DNA of 60,678 nucleotides from Lactobacillales bacterium (GTDB lineage Bacteria; Bacillota; Bacilli; Lactobacillales; Vagococcaceae): NCBI GenBank assembly GCA_015654945.1, contig JAATGB010000166.1, positions 1 to 60,678 of the forward strand, read 5' to 3'. Shown piece by piece: positions 57,899 to 60,678 of this stretch (position 1 is its first letter; each line of letters starts with the position of its first letter). The notes under the pieces were generated by a model. It saw only the letters and a program-made list of their open reading frames with translations, ran no database searches and was not told where the DNA came from. The position numbers and the translations under genes were made by a program.

Positions 57899-59258
57899 AT
57901 CTTTTATCAAGTGGTAAATATTCTTTGTCTACAAGAATACTATCATACGCAGGGCGAATAATTTTATTTACGTTCACCAATTCTTCTATTCGATGCGCAC
58001 TCCAACCTACAATACGAGCAATTGCAAACATTGGTGTATAGAGTTCTTCGGGAAGGCCCAACATGTGATAAACAAACCCACTATAGAAATCAACATTCGC
58101 GCTAACTCCTTTGTAGATTTTTCTTTCTTTGGCAATAACTTCTGGGGCAATTCGTTCAACTGTTTCATAGAGAAGAAAGTCATCTTTATAATTTTTCTCT
58201 TTTGCAAGTCTATGAACAAAAGATTTAAAGACATCTGCACGAGGATCAGAGATGGAATAGACAGCGTGACCCATTCCGTATATTAATCCTTTTTGGTCAA
58301 AGACTTCTTTTCTTAATAGTTGTGTTAAGTATTCACGTATTGCGTTCTCATCGTGTATGTTACTAACGTGAGCTTTTAAATCTTTCATCATTTCAGTTAC
58401 CTTTATGTTTGCGCCTCCATGCTTGGGTCCTTTTAACGATCCAAGAGCAGCTGAGATCGTTGAGTAGGTGTCTGTTCCTGAAGAAGTAACGACATGCGTC
58501 GTAAAAGAAGAATTATTTCCGCCACCATGTTCCATATGTAGGACCAATGCTGAATCTAATACCAATGCTTCTGTTTCTGTATATTTTTTATTAGGGCGCA
58601 ACATTCTTAAAATATTTTCTGCCGTGGATAGTTCATCTTTTGGATAATGAATATACATGCTTTTTTTTTGGTTGTAATGGTTATACGCGTGATAAGCATA
58701 GATGGCGATTAAAGGAAAGACACTAATTAGCATAAGAGACTGGTTAAGTACATTTGCCAGTGAAATGTCGTTGGTTTTTTCATCATAAGAAGCTAGGGTC
58801 AACACACTTCTAGAAAGAATGCTCATGATGTCTTTTGAAGGAGCCTTCATAACCACATCGCGTACAAAGTTAGTTGGAAGCGTTCGTTTATTTGCTAAAA
58901 TTTTTTGAAAAGCAATCAGTTCTTGATTGGAAGGGAGTTTTCCAAATAATAATAAATAGGCAACTTCTTCAAAGCCAAATCGCTTATCTTGGAGATAACC
59001 ATTGACAATGTCCTTGATGTTAATCCCACGATACATTAGGATGCCTTCACAAGGTTCAAGCTTTCCATTAACTTCTTTATGCGATTGAATCATTGAGATG
59101 TTAGTTAATCCGGCAAGTACACCTTGTCCATTTAAATCACGTAAGCCTTTTTTCACATGAAACTTTTCATATAAAGAAGCATCGATACTACTGTTTTCTA
59201 AGGACAGCTGCGCTAAATGTTCAATCTCAGGAGTAATAGCAAGGTGATTATCTTTCAT
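57897..59258 (-). CDS. Citrate synthase
   Basis: HMEHGGGNNS, GHAVY..SDPRA, NVDFYSG motifs; ATG 59258 after AGGGAGG. Confidence 0.9.
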   Translation of the reverse strand: MKDNHLAITPEIEHLAQLSLENSSIDASLYEKFHVKKGLRDLNGQGVLAGLTNISMIQSHKEVNGKLEPCEGILMYRGINIKDIVNGYLQDKRFGFEEVAYLLLFGKLPSNQELIAFQKILANKRTLPTNFVRDVVMKAPSKDIMSILSRSVLTLASYDEKTNDISLANVLNQSLMLISVFPLIAIYAYHAYNHYNQKKSMYIHYPKDELSTAENILRMLRPNKKYTETEALVLDSALVLHMEHGGGNNSSFTTHVVTSSGTDTYSTISAALGSLKGPKHGGANIKVTEMMKDLKAHVSNIHDENAIREYLTQLLRKEVFDQKGLIYGMGHAVYSISDPRADVFKSFVHRLAKEKNYKDDFLLYETVERIAPEVIAKERKIYKGVSANVDFYSGFVYHMLGLPEELYTPMFAIARIVGWSAHRIEELVNVNKIIRPAYDSILVDKEYLPLDKR

Positions 59259-59336
59259 AAACAAGAACCTCCCTTTCAATAATTAAAGAGTATTATAACA
59301 TATTAATGAGAATACTGTGATAAAAACATGAGAGGG

Positions 59337-60323
59337 TTATTTGGTAGTGATAGATTGTAAACTAATTTCACCAGAAGAAAGAATGTGTGTGTGATCGTTT
59401 TCCACTACTACTAGTTCTCCTGTTTCTGTAATCATTTTCGCAATACCGGTGTGGGTTATTCCTTTTTGAACAAAGGTCACTTTTTTACCTAGAACCAATG
59501 AGCGTCGACGGTACTCTTCTAGATAATCACTTTGTTCGAAATTATTTGTGATAAAAAAGAACTCGTTAATAACAGCTGCAATTAAAGTATTACGGTTAAT
59601 CAGAGAATGACCATCTGAGAAGAGAGAGGTTGCTTTTTCCTGTAAGTCATCTGGAAATTGATCTTGTGGAATTGCAAAATTTAATCCGACACCAATTATA
59701 ATAGAAGAAATTGTTTGCGTTTCAATATCAATCGTTGCTTCAGATAAAATCCCGCACACTTTTTTGTTGGCAAGAAAAAGATCATTTACCCATTTAATAT
59801 CTAAATGTAAGGAAGTAAGTTTTTCTACGGCGCGAGCAACAGATACGGCAGCGATTAAAGTGTATTGAGTGGCTTCTTTTATCGCTACATTGGGTTGGAG
59901 TAATAAACTAAAATAAATACCTTGTCCGGATGGAGCAGTAAAAAATGGGCGCCCAAATCTGCCTACAGTTTCAGTTTGATAGTTTGCAACTAAAAGGAAG
60001 GCTGAATCTAATGTATCAGAGGTATGATTTTTTAATTCTCTGTTTGTTGAGCCGATTCGATCTACGGTTTTTATGGTTAATAATGGTTTAAAGGGTTTAC
60101 TGATAGAGAGAGAAATTGCTTCTTGAGACAAGGTATTATTTGGAATATATTGATAGCCCTTCTGCGTGCTACTACTAATTTGATGTCCTTCTTTTTTTAA
60201 TAGACTAACAGCTTTCCAAATAGAGGTTCGAGATAAGGATAATTGTTGTGCGATTTTTTCTCCTGAAAGAAAGTTGGGAGAGTTTTGAATGAGTAAAGTC
60301 AGAACGCTTGTTTTTGTTGACAC
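59337..60323 (-). CDS. birA: Bifunctional biotin-protein ligase / biotin operon repressor (class II BirA)
   Basis: N-terminal wHTH (GEKIAQQLSLSRTSIWKAV); ligase motif GRFGRPFF, KWVNDL; GTG start after AAAGGAGG. Confidence 0.9.
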   Translation of the reverse strand: MSTKTSVLTLLIQNSPNFLSGEKIAQQLSLSRTSIWKAVSLLKKEGHQISSSTQKGYQYIPNNTLSQEAISLSISKPFKPLLTIKTVDRIGSTNRELKNHTSDTLDSAFLLVANYQTETVGRFGRPFFTAPSGQGIYFSLLLQPNVAIKEATQYTLIAAVSVARAVEKLTSLHLDIKWVNDLFLANKKVCGILSEATIDIETQTISSIIIGVGLNFAIPQDQFPDDLQEKATSLFSDGHSLINRNTLIAAVINEFFFITNNFEQSDYLEEYRRRSLVLGKKVTFVQKGITHTGIAKMITETGELVVVENDHTHILSSGEISLQSITTK

Positions 60324-60352
60324 AGTTACTCCTCCTTTAGTTTTTTTCTTTT

Positions 60353-60380
60353 ATTGTAAACCAAGGCGAATGTTTGTCAA
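60353..60380 (-). promoter_or_regulatory. birA promoter
   Basis: On the minus strand: TTGACA, 16-nt spacer, TACAAT. Confidence 0.5.
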
Positions 60381-60538
60381 CTTAAAAAAAGAGAATTATG
60401 ACGATTGTTTGAATGAAAGTTAGTAACAATAGCTGGAACCTCCATTCCGACTGAAAAGCGCTGTTAATAACAAAGAAAGCGTTTTAAAAGAAAAATCATA
60501 TATTCTGATTAAAATATGTATAAAAGACTAAAAACTAG

Positions 60539-60663
60539 TTGACGAATGCTTCAATACTTGGTATATTAATACATGTCGCTAAGACATCCAAAACCTCTGC
60601 TCCTTCCTCGTTAAAACTTTTTTTGAAAAAGGATTGACAGAGACAAAAATGTTATGTTATGAT
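60539..60663 (+). promoter_or_regulatory. Two tandem strong sigma-A promoters reading out of the window
   Basis: P1 is TTGACG (60539-60544), 17 nt, TATATT (60562-60567). P2 is TTGACA (60634-60639), 18 nt, TATGAT (60658-60663), with an upstream TG and an A/T-rich UP-like stretch. Confidence 0.45.
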
Positions 60664-60678
60664 ACACAAGTTGCTGCT

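Overview
AT-rich Firmicute chromosome segment, Lactobacillales and enterococcus-like judging by the protein sequences, centred on the replication origin. The housekeeping backbone is guaB, glmU-prs, an APC permease, metG-tatD-rnmV-rsmA, an orphan msmK-type ABC ATPase, a THF riboswitch plus folT, a heterodimeric ABC exporter pair, a 3D-domain wall hydrolase, ung, pta and tsaE. Next comes a bipartite oriC (DnaA-box clusters on both sides of dnaA) with dnaA-dnaN-yaaA-recF-gyrB-gyrA, then rpsF-ssb-rpsR, rplI-dnaB, purA, degV, an ABC-F ATPase, citrate synthase and birA. I found no rRNA, tRNA, CRISPR array or transposase. Two accessory cell-surface loci stand out. (1) 12.0-21.8 kb, minus strand: a sortase-dependent pilus-type locus with a major pilin, two class C sortases and three paralogous proteins built from one vWA/split-Ig module. 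One paralogue has no sorting signal, one is interrupted by an in-frame TAA, and one carries two complete vWA domains plus LPDSG. (2) 53.5-57.4 kb, plus strand: a WxL (csc-type) cluster. One of its WxL genes carries an in-frame TGA, and the cluster is flanked by a gene-relic-like island and a decayed signal peptidase I. Smaller items are an identical 23-nt palindromic element on both sides of ssb-rpsR, absence of gdpP upstream of rplI, a perfect WalR box upstream of the hydrolase gene, and a third in-frame stop in a membrane protein gene. All calls rest on reading motifs in the sequence and ORF translations. No database search was run.
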